Notes: generated from the letters alone by a model not told the origin. A DNA stretch of 36,227 bases from a bacterium (GCA_021790275.1 JAJYIB010000002.1:1-36227), one strand, 5' to 3'; positions 17,085 through 26,274 are shown, counted from the stretch's first letter. A program made the numbers and translations.

Positions 17085-17632
17085 CCCTCTTTGATCTCCT
17101 TTTCTTTGAATTTAGCGGCATTTTCGAGCTCGGCCGCCGCCGCGTTCATCAATTCCTGAACTTTTTCCCGATTTTTGAATTTTTCATCTTCGGTGATTTT
17201 TTTATTTTCGAAAGAATCGGAAATTTCTTTCATAGCTTCATCGCGCGCCGCGCGGCATTTGATTTTCGCTTCTTCCAATTTTACGCCGATAATTTTGACA
17301 AGAGCGGAACGCCGTTCTTCGGTCAAGGGCGGAATGGAGATTCTTATAAGATTTTTATCGACGATCGGACTTAGGCCGAGATTCGACGCCAGTAATGATT
17401 TTTCGATGGCGCCGAGCGCGCCTTTGTCCCACGGTTCGATGATTAAAAGACGCGATTCCGGAGCGGAAATCGAAGCGATCTGCTTCAAAGGCACTTTCGT
17501 GCCGTAATAATCGACAAAAACGTTTTCGACGAGAGCCGGCGTTGCGCGGCCCGCGCGCAACGCCGAGTATTCCTCTTTAAGGAAATTTTCCGTTTTTTTA
17601 AATTTTTCTTTCAGTTTTTCGATGGCCTCCAT
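17081..17632 (-). CDS. frr: Ribosome recycling factor
   Basis: ...EEYSALRAGRATPALVENVFVDYYGTKVPLKQIASISAPESRLLIIEPWD... Its stop overlaps the rseP start by 4 nt. Confidence 0.93.
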   Translation of the reverse strand: MEAIEKLKEKFKKTENFLKEEYSALRAGRATPALVENVFVDYYGTKVPLKQIASISAPESRLLIIEPWDKGALGAIEKSLLASNLGLSPIVDKNLIRISIPPLTEERRSALVKIIGVKLEEAKIKCRAARDEAMKEISDSFENKKITEDEKFKNREKVQELMNAAAAELENAAKFKEKEIKEG

Positions 17633-17649
17633 TTTTTAAAAAATAAAAA

Positions 17650-18387
17650 TTAATCGGGTAAATTTATCAGAAGTTCGTCAAAAGCCAATTTCGAATTGAT
17701 GTTTGTTTCTTTTAATTTGAAATAAATCGACTGGCTTTTCGACAGAATGCCGGCGATTTTTTCCGTCGGATCGGCCAATAATTTATTTCTCAAAAAATTT
17801 ATCCATAATCCGAAAAATTCCGGAATGTTTTGCTGATCAATTTTTTCGATATAGCGGTATTTTTGCGAAAATCCGGGCCGGATCAAAGATTCGAAAATTT
17901 TTGCATAGTCGCCGTCCGCCGGTTGTTCGGACATTTCCCGCCGCAAAAACCAAAACGGCAGTTTGACGGCGCGCGACGCTATCGTTTCCGACATCGAACC
18001 AAGAGTTTTCGCGAAAAGTATTATCGCGGTATGCTCCGGCGCCTCTTCGAAAACTTTAAGCAAAGCATTCTGGTTTAAATTGTTCAGTGCTTCCGCCGAT
18101 TCGATTATTACCATTTTACGATTATTAGCGTACGGCCGCAATGCCAAAAATTTTTTTATTTGCCGGACGGAATCTATGGAGAAAGCGCCGTTTTCCGGTT
18201 TCATCAGCATTAAATCGGGATTAAAAACGCGGCTATTTTTTCCGAAAATTTTTTCCGTGAGCCGGGTAGCCGCTTCGCGTTTTGAATTTTCATCCGGTCC
18301 GTAAAAAATATATGCGTGGGACAGCGCGTCGTTTTCCGCGCACTTGGTTAGATAATCGATTGTTTTTTGATATCTGCCGTTATTCAC
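17650..18387 (-). CDS. holB: DNA polymerase III delta'-like clamp-loader subunit (degenerate P-loop)
   Basis: ...LSHAYIFYGPDENSKRE... (no GxxGK), ...IDSVRQIKKF..., ...MVIIESAEALNNLNQNALLKVFEEAPEHTAIIL..., ...TIASRA... GTG start. Confidence 0.7.
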   Translation of the reverse strand: MNNGRYQKTIDYLTKCAENDALSHAYIFYGPDENSKREAATRLTEKIFGKNSRVFNPDLMLMKPENGAFSIDSVRQIKKFLALRPYANNRKMVIIESAEALNNLNQNALLKVFEEAPEHTAIILFAKTLGSMSETIASRAVKLPFWFLRREMSEQPADGDYAKIFESLIRPGFSQKYRYIEKIDQQNIPEFFGLWINFLRNKLLADPTEKIAGILSKSQSIYFKLKETNINSKLAFDELLINLPD

Positions 18388-18401
18388 GAATTTTTTAAAT
18401 A

Positions 18402-19430
18402 TTAACGGCGGGCCATAACGCTTCGCTTGTAAATTTCCAGGTTTTCAAGAACGAGACCGGCGCCTTTGGCGACGCAATAAAGCGGTTCGGCGGCCAGATA
18501 GGCCGGAACGCCGGTAGCTTTCACTACCAATTCGTCAAAGTTTCTTAAAAGCGACGTGCCGCCGGTAAGAATAATACCCTTGTCCATAATATCCGCGGCA
18601 AGTTCCGGCGGCGTCTGCGACAAAACCGTTTTAAGCGCCTGAATAATTTCTTTCAGGCGTTCGGAAATCGCATCGACGATTTCGTTGGTGCCGACGGCAA
18701 CGTTGCGCGGCAGGCCGGTCAAAATGTCGCGGCCGCGAACGCTGATAAACAACTCGTCTTTTATCGGCAAAGCCGATCCGATTTCGATTTTTATTCTTTC
18801 GGCGGTTCTTTCCCCTATCGCCAGATTATGCCTTCTTTTTAAATGCTCGACGATAGCGGAATCTATTTTATTGCCGCCGACCCTTTTAGAATGCGATGTA
18901 ACTATGCCGCCCAAAGAAATGACGGCGACTTCGGTCGTCCCGCCGCCGATTCCCATTATTAAATTACCCGATGCGGAGTTGATCGGCACTTCGGCGCCGA
19001 TGGCGGCAAGCACCGGTTCTTTGACTATGTAAGCGGCGCGGGCCCCGGCGCTGACGGCCGCGTCGATAACCGCTCTTCTTTCGGTCGAACTCGATCCCGA
19101 CGGGACGGTGATTAGAACGTCCGGTTTTATCAATTGAAAACGCCCCAAGCTTTTTTGGATAAAATAACGCAGCATCGCTTCGGTGATTTTATAATCGGCG
19201 ATAACGCCGTCGCGCATCGGCCTTTTGGCGATTATGTTTTCCGGCGTCCGGCCAAGCATCATCTGCGCTTCGGCGCCGACCGCCAGTATTCCGTTGTCGT
19301 CGGCGGAAATCGCCACGACCGTCGGTTCGTTCAATATTATTCCGCGATCCGGAACAAAAACCAGCGTGTTTACCGTTCCCAAATCGATGCCGATTTTTCT
19401 TGTCATCAAGCTCATAAGATGAGCCATCAT
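18402..19430 (-). CDS. Second MreB-family actin homologue (paralogue)
   Basis: ...KIGIDLGTVNTLVFV...EPTVVAI...IMGIGGGTTE... The start codon is uncertain (19430, 19415 or 19406). Confidence 0.88.
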   Translation of the reverse strand: MMAHLMSLMTRKIGIDLGTVNTLVFVPDRGIILNEPTVVAISADDNGILAVGAEAQMMLGRTPENIIAKRPMRDGVIADYKITEAMLRYFIQKSLGRFQLIKPDVLITVPSGSSSTERRAVIDAAVSAGARAAYIVKEPVLAAIGAEVPINSASGNLIMGIGGGTTEVAVISLGGIVTSHSKRVGGNKIDSAIVEHLKRRHNLAIGERTAERIKIEIGSALPIKDELFISVRGRDILTGLPRNVAVGTNEIVDAISERLKEIIQALKTVLSQTPPELAADIMDKGIILTGGTSLLRNFDELVVKATGVPAYLAAEPLYCVAKGAGLVLENLEIYKRSVMARR

Positions 19431-19456
19431 ACAACGTTAATCCCTTTTTGGAAACA

Positions 19457-19486
19457 TTGACAAGCCGAGCTTTCGATGGCGATAAT
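19457..19486 (+). promoter_or_regulatory. Near-consensus sigma70 promoter of the PEGA-domain gene (leaderless geometry)
   Basis: TTGACA, 18 nt, GATAAT, then 8 nt to the ATG at 19495. No SD site. Confidence 0.6.
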
Positions 19487-19494
19487 GTGTCATT

Positions 19495-20403
19495 ATGACG
19501 AAAAAATTCAGGCGGATTATTTTTTTTGTATTCACAGCATTTTTTGCCGCGGGCAGTTTCGTCGCTGTTTTTTACGCCGAGGGATACCGGTTTGATTTGC
19601 CTTTATTTAAAATAGAAAAAGTCGGCGGGATTTTTATAAAAACGTCGGTCGACGGCGCGAAAATATACATAAACGACAAGTATATAAGTTCGACCGGCGG
19701 AATTTTGACTTATAGCGCGCTGATAAGCGATCTCGTCCCGAAAAATTACAGCGTTTTTATTTATAAAGAAAATTATTATCCGTGGAATAAAACGATTCGG
19801 GTCGAAAGCGGGATGGTCGCCAATCTCGATAAGATTATTTTATTTCCCTTGGAGCTCAAACAAACCAAAATCGCGGCATTGCCGGCAAGTCAAAAAATTT
19901 CCGAATTCGATATTAACGGCGATTCCGGCGCCGTCGAAATAAAAGTCGCCGCCGGAAAAATCGACAATATTTTTGTTTATAATCCGGCCGACGGCAAGTT
20001 TGTTTCGAGCGGTAAAATAAAAAAAGCGACTTCTCCTTCGACGATTTTGTCGCCGGACAAAAACAAAAATTTATACGTTTCCGACGGCAAAATTTTCGTC
20101 GAATATCTTAACGATACGGACGAGAAACCGGTCAAAAAAGCCGGAACGAAAGAATTGATAGCCGATGCGGGAGCGCCTGTCGAATTTTACGAGTGGTTGG
20201 GCGATTCCGAGCATATAATCTGGTTTTCGGATGGAGAAATTTCCGTCGCCGAATTGAATAACGGCGGCGGCAAAAGAAACAGTGTAAAATTTTATCTCGG
20301 AATCGATCCGCCGTTTTTTTGGAACAGGGCGAATTCCGAATTGTATTACTTCAAAAAAGAATCGGGTAAAAACGCTTTGTATGCCGTCGATTTCCGGTCG
20401 TAA
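19495..20403 (+). CDS. Membrane-anchored PEGA-domain protein
   Basis: An N-terminal TM, then ...IKTSVDGAKIYINDKYI...NYSVFIYKENYYPWNKTIRVESGMV..., a PEGA-like beta-sandwich. The C-terminal half is unassigned. Confidence 0.55.
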   Translation: MTKKFRRIIFFVFTAFFAAGSFVAVFYAEGYRFDLPLFKIEKVGGIFIKTSVDGAKIYINDKYISSTGGILTYSALISDLVPKNYSVFIYKENYYPWNKTIRVESGMVANLDKIILFPLELKQTKIAALPASQKISEFDINGDSGAVEIKVAAGKIDNIFVYNPADGKFVSSGKIKKATSPSTILSPDKNKNLYVSDGKIFVEYLNDTDEKPVKKAGTKELIADAGAPVEFYEWLGDSEHIIWFSDGEISVAELNNGGGKRNSVKFYLGIDPPFFWNRANSELYYFKKESGKNALYAVDFRS

Positions 20404-20429
20404 TTTTGCAAATTCTCCACAGAGATCGT

Positions 20430-20858
20430 TTAACGCTTAGACCATTGCGGAGCGCGGCGGGCCGCTTTGAGACCGGGTTTTTTCCGTTCTTTCATTCTCG
20501 AATCTCTGGTTAAAAAACCAAGAGTTTTGAGTGCGGTTTTAAATTCCGGTTTAAGCAAAGCCAAAGCGCGGCTCAAGCCGTGCCGCAAAGCAAAAGCCTG
20601 GGCGCGCAAGCCGCCGCCGTTGACTTTTACCGAAACGAAAAAATCGCCGACTCCGGATTTTACAAGCGGTTCAAGCGCGATGTCGCGCAGCTCTTTTTCT
20701 TTGAAATAATCGGCGATGTCTTTTCCATTGACGGTCGCTTCCGTTTTTTGAACGTCAAGCCAAACGCGCGCGCGCGCTGTCGCCGTCTTACGTCTGCCGA
20801 CCGCTTCGCCGTATTTCGCCGGCGCAATTTTTTCTTTTTTGGTTTTTTTTACCGTCAT
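20430..20858 (-). CDS. rpsI: 30S ribosomal protein S9
   Basis: ...GRRKTATARARV... and a C-terminal ...KKPGLKAARRAPQWSKR. Confidence 0.95.
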   Translation of the reverse strand: MTVKKTKKEKIAPAKYGEAVGRRKTATARARVWLDVQKTEATVNGKDIADYFKEKELRDIALEPLVKSGVGDFFVSVKVNGGGLRAQAFALRHGLSRALALLKPEFKTALKTLGFLTRDSRMKERKKPGLKAARRAPQWSKR

Positions 20859-20861
20859 AAT

Positions 20862-21227
20862 TTATTGTTCTATGGTCAATCTTTTCATTAATTTCGCCCT
20901 TAAACGATTTTTATTCAACATTCTTAAAACTGCCGTCTTTAGCGGTCGGCCGGCGTCTTTTTTCGCAAGCTCCGCGTATTTACGTTTTTTCAGTCCTCCG
21001 TGATAGCCGGTGTAATGATAGTAAATTTTTTGCGACGATTTTCTGCCGGTTAAAACGATTTTGCTGAAATTGAAAACTCTGACCGTCGTCATCGGATCCA
21101 GATGCGGCGTGTAGTCAACCCGAGTCTTGCCGCGCAAAAGAGACGCGATTTGCGTTGCCAGCCGACCGAGCGATTTGCCGCTTGCATCTATTTCGTAATG
21201 CTTCATTTTTAATATTTTTTCCGTCAT
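20862..21227 (-). CDS. rplM: 50S ribosomal protein L13 (short form)
   Basis: ...IDASGKSLGRLATQIASLLRGK...YTPH...YYHYTGYHGGLK... The start could instead be the ATG at 21206. Confidence 0.92.
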   Translation of the reverse strand: MTEKILKMKHYEIDASGKSLGRLATQIASLLRGKTRVDYTPHLDPMTTVRVFNFSKIVLTGRKSSQKIYYHYTGYHGGLKKRKYAELAKKDAGRPLKTAVLRMLNKNRLRAKLMKRLTIEQ

Positions 21228-21228
21228 A

Positions 21229-21579
21229 TTATTTAACGAATTCTATAAAAACGGTTTTGGCGGCATCATTTTTCCTCGCTCCGATTTTTATTATTCTCAA
21301 ATAGCCGCCATTTCTTTCTTTGAACCGCGGCGCCAAGTCTTTGAAGAGTTTACCGACCGGACGGGCGCCCATTTTTTTTAAAAGATTCCGTCTATTACTT
21401 AACGTGTCTTTTTTGGCCGCGGTCAAGGCGCGTTCGACAAGCGGCCGGATTTCTTTGGCGCGAGCTTCCGTCGTTTTTATCCGTTCTTTCAAAATCAAAC
21501 TCGATCCCAAATTCCAAAGGAAGGATTTTCTATAATCCGCCGTTCTGCCGAATTTTCTATTTTTTTTAAGATGTTTCAT
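21229..21579 (-). CDS. rplQ: 50S ribosomal protein L17
   Basis: MKHLKKNRKFGRTADYRKSFLWNLGSSLILKERIKTTEARAKEIRPLVE... Confidence 0.93.
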   Translation of the reverse strand: MKHLKKNRKFGRTADYRKSFLWNLGSSLILKERIKTTEARAKEIRPLVERALTAAKKDTLSNRRNLLKKMGARPVGKLFKDLAPRFKERNGGYLRIIKIGARKNDAAKTVFIEFVK

Positions 21580-21585
21580 TTTTAC

Positions 21586-22554
21586 TCAATCTTCCTGTTT
21601 GAGCGTAAAGCCCATTTTGCCCAAAACTTTTTTAATTTCTTTCACCGCTTTTTCGCCGACATCTTCCAGATCGAGCAATTCACTTTCGCTTAACCGCAAA
21701 AGACCGGCGACGGTTTTAATGTGATTCTTGACGAGAATGTTCTGCGTGCGGCTCGATAATTTCAAATCTTCGATTTTAATTTTCGTCATATCCTCGCCTT
21801 CCTCTTTCTCCGTTTTTTTTATTTTGACTTTCTCTTCCGCCGCCCCGCTCTTTTTCTCCGCTTTGGCGGGCGTGGCGGCGATTATTTTAAAATGATCGTT
21901 AAGCAAATTCGCCGCGGCGGCCAAGGCCTCGAAAGATGTAATGGAACCGTCGGTTTCTATTTCGAATTTCAGCCGGTTATAGTTGGTTTTATCGCCGACC
22001 CGCATATCCTCGACGCTGAAATTCACCAGTTTGATGGGAGTAAAAATAGCATCGACAGCGATAACGCCGACTTCCTGCTTGTCTCTTTTGCGCGATTCGA
22101 TCGCCGAATAGCCGAGCCCTTTTTCGACTTTCATTTCGATTTCGAGAATCGCATTTTTCGAAGTTAAAGTGGCGATACGGACATCGGGGCTGACGATTTC
22201 CGCTTGCGAAGGTGTTTTGATGTCTTTCGCGAAAACTTCGCCTTCGCCTTTCGCTTTCAGAAAAACCGTTTGAGGTTCGTCGCCGTGCAGTTTGAATCTC
22301 ACCTGTTTAAGATTCAAAATGATTTCTATCATATCTTCTATAACGCCGGGCAATGTGGAAAATTCGTGTGCCGCATTTTTGATTTTTATGGATGTAATTG
22401 CCGCTCCCGGAAGCGAAGAAAGCATCGTGCGGCGCAGGGCGTTGCCCAGCGTCAAACCGTAGCCCGGGTACAAGTCTTCGATTTCAATAACCGCTTTGTT
22501 GGGCGATAATTCCGTCAAAGTCGGCGCTTTCGGCAATGAAATATTTGTTTCCAT
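21586..22554 (-). CDS. rpoA: DNA-directed RNA polymerase alpha subunit
   Basis: N-terminal domain ...GYGLTLGNALRRTMLSSLPGAAITSIKI..., a long charged linker, and a helix-hairpin-helix C-terminal domain ...IEDLKLSSRTQNILVKNHIKTVAGLL... Confidence 0.95.
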   Translation of the reverse strand: METNISLPKAPTLTELSPNKAVIEIEDLYPGYGLTLGNALRRTMLSSLPGAAITSIKIKNAAHEFSTLPGVIEDMIEIILNLKQVRFKLHGDEPQTVFLKAKGEGEVFAKDIKTPSQAEIVSPDVRIATLTSKNAILEIEMKVEKGLGYSAIESRKRDKQEVGVIAVDAIFTPIKLVNFSVEDMRVGDKTNYNRLKFEIETDGSITSFEALAAAANLLNDHFKIIAATPAKAEKKSGAAEEKVKIKKTEKEEGEDMTKIKIEDLKLSSRTQNILVKNHIKTVAGLLRLSESELLDLEDVGEKAVKEIKKVLGKMGFTLKQED

Positions 22555-22583
22555 AATTATTTTAATTTATTATATTTTTAATA

Positions 22584-23210
22584 TTATTTGGAATAATAAG
22601 AAATAATAACGCTGGTATCGAAATTTTTCGGCAAATCTTCGGTTTTCGGCTCGGATATTATTTTAATCTCCCAATTTTTCTTGTCGACGGAAAACCAAGA
22701 CGGCGCTTCGTGTTTTTTAAGTCTTTCGGCGACCGCGGCAAAAATTACTTTGGCGCGACTCGACGGCTTTATCGCTATAATATCGTTTTCTTTCGTTTCA
22801 TAAGAAGGTATCGTTGTTTTTTTGCCGTTCACCAAAAAATGGCCGTGGCTCGCGAGCTGACGCGCTATCGTCCGCGAAGCCGCCAAGCCGCTTTTGTAAA
22901 TGACGCTGTCGAGACGTTTTTCCAAAGACGACAAAAGTAGATTGCCGGTGATGCCTTTTTTACGTTTGGCTTTATCGAAATATTTTTCGAGCTGGCGCTC
23001 CGTCAGGCCGTAAACGATTTTGATTTTTTGTTTTTCCGCCAGCTGCGCTCCGAATTCCGACAGCGCGCGCCGCCGCCCTTTGCCGTGCGCGCCCGGCCGA
23101 TAAGGTTTTTTGAAAAAAGCGGATTTGGGCGAAAATGACCGTTCGGCTTTTAAGCCCAAATTTTCTCCCAGTCTTCTCGATAATTTTTCTTTTGGTCCGG
23201 TATATCTCAT
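22584..23210 (-). CDS. rpsD: 30S ribosomal protein S4
   Basis: MRYTGPKEKLSRRLGENL... plus an S4 RNA-binding domain ...RLDSVIYKSGLAASRTIARQLASHGHFLVNG... Confidence 0.95.
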   Translation of the reverse strand: MRYTGPKEKLSRRLGENLGLKAERSFSPKSAFFKKPYRPGAHGKGRRRALSEFGAQLAEKQKIKIVYGLTERQLEKYFDKAKRKKGITGNLLLSSLEKRLDSVIYKSGLAASRTIARQLASHGHFLVNGKKTTIPSYETKENDIIAIKPSSRAKVIFAAVAERLKKHEAPSWFSVDKKNWEIKIISEPKTEDLPKNFDTSVIISYYSK

Positions 23211-23214
23211 AATT

Positions 23215-23670
23215 TTAAACTCTTCTAACTTTTTTAGGCCGCGGGCCGTTGTGCGGAATCGGCGTAATGTCTTTTATCGAAACAATATTAAGGCCGTGGC
23301 TTATAAAAGACCTTATGGCGGATTCCCGACCGGAACCGATGCCTCTGACGAGAATATCGGTTTCGCCAAAGCCGGTTTTTTTCATTTTTTCGAGTATCGT
23401 TTCCGCCACCTTCGAAGCGGCGTAAGGCGTCGCTTTTTTCGGACCTTTAAACCCCAGCGAGCCCGCCGAAGACCACGCCAAAACATTTCCCCGCTCATCG
23501 GTAGCGGTGATAAATGTATTGTTGTAGCTCACCTGGATGTAAATTCTGCTTTTGGAAATCTGCCGGCCGGTTTTGGCCGCACCTTGAGCCGACGATTTGC
23601 CATCGCCCGCTTTTTCGCTTTCTTTCAGCAGTTCCTCCTCGGTTTGTTTTTTTATTTTCTTTTTCCCCAT
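23215..23670 (-). CDS. rpsK: 30S ribosomal protein S11 (Lys/Glu-rich N-terminal extension)
   Basis: ...IYIQVSYNNTFITATDERGNVLAWSSAGSLGFKGPKKATPYAA... Confidence 0.95.
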   Translation of the reverse strand: MGKKKIKKQTEEELLKESEKAGDGKSSAQGAAKTGRQISKSRIYIQVSYNNTFITATDERGNVLAWSSAGSLGFKGPKKATPYAASKVAETILEKMKKTGFGETDILVRGIGSGRESAIRSFISHGLNIVSIKDITPIPHNGPRPKKVRRV

Positions 23671-23690
23671 TTATTTATTGGTCGGTATTT

Positions 23691-24080
23691 TTATGTTTTT
23701 TCGGCCGATTTTTTCCTGCCCGAGCCGACCGTTTTTCTCACGTTGCCTCTTCGGGTTCGGGAATTGGTTTTCGTTCTTTGGCCTCTTACCGGCAAGCCGC
23801 GGCTATGACGATAACCGCGATAAGCGCCTATTTCTCTCAATCTTTTAATGTTGCCCTGAACGATTCTTTTCAATTCGCCTTCTATTTTATAATTTTTTTC
23901 AACGAGATCTTTCAATCGGTTTAATTCTTCCGCGCTCAATTCCGACGCCCGTTTGTCCGGGTTTATTTTCAAACTGGCTGTTATTTTTTTCGCCTGGCTC
24001 CGTCCCAAGCCGTAAATGTAAGCCAATGAAAAAATTATTTTTTTGTTTTCCGGGATGTTAACACCCGCGATTCTCGGCAT
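23691..24080 (-). CDS. rpsM: 30S ribosomal protein S13
   Basis: MPRIAGVNIPENKKIIFSLAYIYGLGRSQAKKI... I prefer the ATG at 24080 over the track start at 24095. Confidence 0.95.
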   Translation of the reverse strand: MPRIAGVNIPENKKIIFSLAYIYGLGRSQAKKITASLKINPDKRASELSAEELNRLKDLVEKNYKIEGELKRIVQGNIKRLREIGAYRGYRHSRGLPVRGQRTKTNSRTRRGNVRKTVGSGRKKSAEKT

Positions 24081-24095
24081 AAATTTAATAAACAA

Positions 24096-24209
24096 TCATC
24101 CCTGCCTTTGCTTATGTTTCGGATTCGAACAGGTTATATAAAGCCGCCTTTGGCGGCGCACAATTTTACATTTGGCGCAGATTTTTTTAACACTTGCTCT
24201 TACTTTCAT
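24096..24209 (-). CDS. rpmJ: 50S ribosomal protein L36 (37 aa; below the ORF-track size cutoff)
   Basis: Manual translation of the minus strand gives [37 protein letters not shown], with a TGA stop. It occupies the canonical position between infA and rpsM. Confidence 0.92.
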   Translation of the reverse strand: MKVRASVKKICAKCKIVRRQRRLYITCSNPKHKQRQG

Positions 24210-24220
24210 AATTTGAAATT

Positions 24221-24433
24221 TTACAGCCGTTTGGTGATTCGGCCTCGCTTTTTATCGACGGAAACCTCGATTTCGACGCGGTCGCCGACCAAAACTCTGA
24301 TGTAATTCATTCTCATTTTGCCCGACAAATGAGCCAGAATTTCTTCGTCGCCGTCAGTTTTAACTCTAAAATACGCATTGGGCAATGCCTCAACGACGAT
24401 ACCGGTAATCATAGACCTTTTATTATCTATCAC
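24221..24433 (-). CDS. infA: Translation initiation factor IF-1
   Basis: ...[50 protein letters not shown]... is an S1-like OB fold. GTG start. Confidence 0.93.
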   Translation of the reverse strand: MIDNKRSMITGIVVEALPNAYFRVKTDGDEEILAHLSGKMRMNYIRVLVGDRVEIEVSVDKKRGRITKRL

Positions 24434-24438
24434 GTGAA

Positions 24439-26274
24439 TTATTGGCTGTCAAGAGTAATATTGATTTTATCGGGGTTTTTCGGCGACCGCCTCACCCAAA
24501 ACGGCCAAAGGGAAATCGTGGCGCTATCGACAAAATTCGTTCCGGAAACGACATCGCGCATTCCGTTTTCATCGAGTCCGGCAAGATTTTTTTTCAAACC
24601 GGCCAAATCGGGATTCAGCGCGTTATCTTTTTTTAACTCGTAGGTGAAATAAATCTCGCCTTTTTTAAAATCAGCTTTCGCCGCTTCGGGATACGCAATA
24701 TTATCTTTAAAATCGAAATTCTGCAAGACCGGATATTTTTTAACGATGGCGTAATCGATAAGCGACCGGAAATCTTTTTCATTAAAGAAAATCGCCTGCC
24801 ACGTAATACTCATACTGACGCTGTTGGCGTCGGCTTTGAAACTCTTGACCGTTATCGACGAAGCGCCGTCGATTAATTTGAAATCGGAATCTTTGAATGT
24901 ATTCAAAGTATCGTTTTTAAGGGAACCCGCCAACTCGTTTTCGAGATCCTGTTTGGTTTTTTCGATCGCTTGCGTTTTGCCTGGCGGCGTTTCGGTCGAC
25001 GATTGCGCGGCGGCCGGCAGGAGTGTCATCTTAGCAGAGCTTTCGGCATAAAAACCGGCATATTTAGGCGAGCCTTTAAAACCCGGAATGGTAAAATACG
25101 ACGGGCCGATCGCATAGTTATCGCCCGTTCCGTCGCTTACGACCGATGCTTCTATCGCACTTGGAGTCAATTTAGAACCCGACATTTTAGCGCCCGGAAC
25201 GACAACGGCTCTTTGAAGACGGTAAATTTTACCGTCTTTCGTTTCGAATCTCGTTTGAGCGATCAACTTTTGCGGCGCGGCGCCGTATGCGTTATAAATC
25301 GTTATCGAGCCGCCGGCTTTTTGCGGCGCCGACGGCGCCGCCCCGCTCTGCGGGACGGCGCTTCCCGTTTCGATGGCTTTAGTCCCCGATTTGGTAAGCA
25401 AAAAATACTGCCCCGGCAGAATGCCGCTCGCAAGATTAGGCGAACTTATGTTTTTACTAACCGCGGTTTGTATCTGCAAATCCAGCGGCAGTTTTTTAAG
25501 GGAAATTTTCACATCGGCTTTCGGCAGTATCAAATACAGCGCCGCCAAAAAGAATGCCAAACCGCCGCCGACCAGCGCGGTCAGAATCCGCCTTTGGGAA
25601 ATTTTGAATTTCGGTTTCTCTTTAACCGATCGGATTTTTGATTTTTCCTGCGGCTCTTTATAAAAACTTTCAATGTCCCGTTCCAATTTCAAATTGTCGC
25701 TTTTCGCCAAAGTTATTTCCGGCGCGGGTTCTTTATTGCCTTCGCTCGGTAAATCTTCTCCGCTGTCGTTTCCGGATCCTTCGGAAAACCGATCGCCATC
25801 ACCGCCGAATTCATTGGAATCATCCGGTCCGTAATCGGAATCCGTATTTGGAGTTTCATCGGATTCCCAATCTTTTTCTTGCCCGTTATTTTCCTCATCG
25901 GCCGATTCGTTTTCGAAGTCGCCCGTTCTTTGCGCCGGGACCGCCGAAACCGAAGGAGGCGCGATGTCCATCATCACTTTTATTTTCACCGGTTTTTCTT
26001 TTTTTACGCCGGCCGGCGCCGCGGCGCCGTAAATCGGCAACTGGATTTTTTCCGCGAAACTTTTTATTTTTTCGTTTTCCGAACTGATATAAAGAATTTT
26101 ATCGACGCTTTCCGCTTCGCTTTTTAAAATTTTGAGCGAATTCAAATCGGCGATTAATATAGAATTTTTCGGCAGCACCAAAACGATTTCGCCGCTTTCC
26201 GATTTTATCATCCGGCCGATTAAAATCGCCGCATCGTCCTTTGTTCTCGCGCGAATTATTTCAATACCTTTCAT
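24439..26274 (-). CDS. Hypothetical 611-aa single-pass membrane protein (cytoplasmic N-domain, acidic disordered linker, TM, about 360-aa external domain)
   Basis: The TM is at residues ~229-251 ([23 protein letters not shown]). The D/E/S/G-rich tract covers residues ~118-180. I could not recognise a family with confidence. The stop is 5 nt before infA. Confidence 0.6.
   Translation of the reverse strand: MKGIEIIRARTKDDAAILIGRMIKSESGEIVLVLPKNSILIADLNSLKILKSEAESVDKILYISSENEKIKSFAEKIQLPIYGAAAPAGVKKEKPVKIKVMMDIAPPSVSAVPAQRTGDFENESADEENNGQEKDWESDETPNTDSDYGPDDSNEFGGDGDRFSEGSGNDSGEDLPSEGNKEPAPEITLAKSDNLKLERDIESFYKEPQEKSKIRSVKEKPKFKISQRRILTALVGGGLAFFLAALYLILPKADVKISLKKLPLDLQIQTAVSKNISSPNLASGILPGQYFLLTKSGTKAIETGSAVPQSGAAPSAPQKAGGSITIYNAYGAAPQKLIAQTRFETKDGKIYRLQRAVVVPGAKMSGSKLTPSAIEASVVSDGTGDNYAIGPSYFTIPGFKGSPKYAGFYAESSAKMTLLPAAAQSSTETPPGKTQAIEKTKQDLENELAGSLKNDTLNTFKDSDFKLIDGASSITVKSFKADANSVSMSITWQAIFFNEKDFRSLIDYAIVKKYPVLQNFDFKDNIAYPEAAKADFKKGEIYFTYELKKDNALNPDLAGLKKNLAGLDENGMRDVVSGTNFVDSATISLWPFWVRRSPKNPDKINITLDSQ

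Noticed and set aside
22555-22583. 29-nt pure A/T spacer between rpsD and rpoA, considered as a possible regulatory element
   Set aside because: It has no symmetry or repeat structure. Similar A/T-rich spacers precede most genes here and fit the SD-less initiation style.
23110-23808. Long plus-strand ORF (232 aa). Similar long ORFs lie at 35175-35912, 30112-30897, 31888-32556, 14734-15408, 24970-25641 and 858-1328.
   Set aside because: All of them lie antisense to confidently identified genes (rpsD/rpsK, the membrane partner ORF, nrdJ, proS, the 611-aa ORF, and the GtrA-like gene). Their products are low-complexity and R/F/G-rich with no recognisable motifs. They are compositional shadow ORFs.
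24119-24135. tRNA T-arm-like string TCGGATTCGAACAGG
   Set aside because: It lies inside the rpmJ coding sequence, where the minus strand reads TGT TCG AAT CCG for ...CSNP... No acceptor or anticodon stems surround it.
24439-26274. Diversity-generating retroelement target or phage baseplate-J-like assignment for the 611-aa protein
   Set aside because: The window contains no reverse transcriptase and no template/variable repeat pair. The baseplate-J resemblance is only a vague recollection that I cannot support from the sequence.
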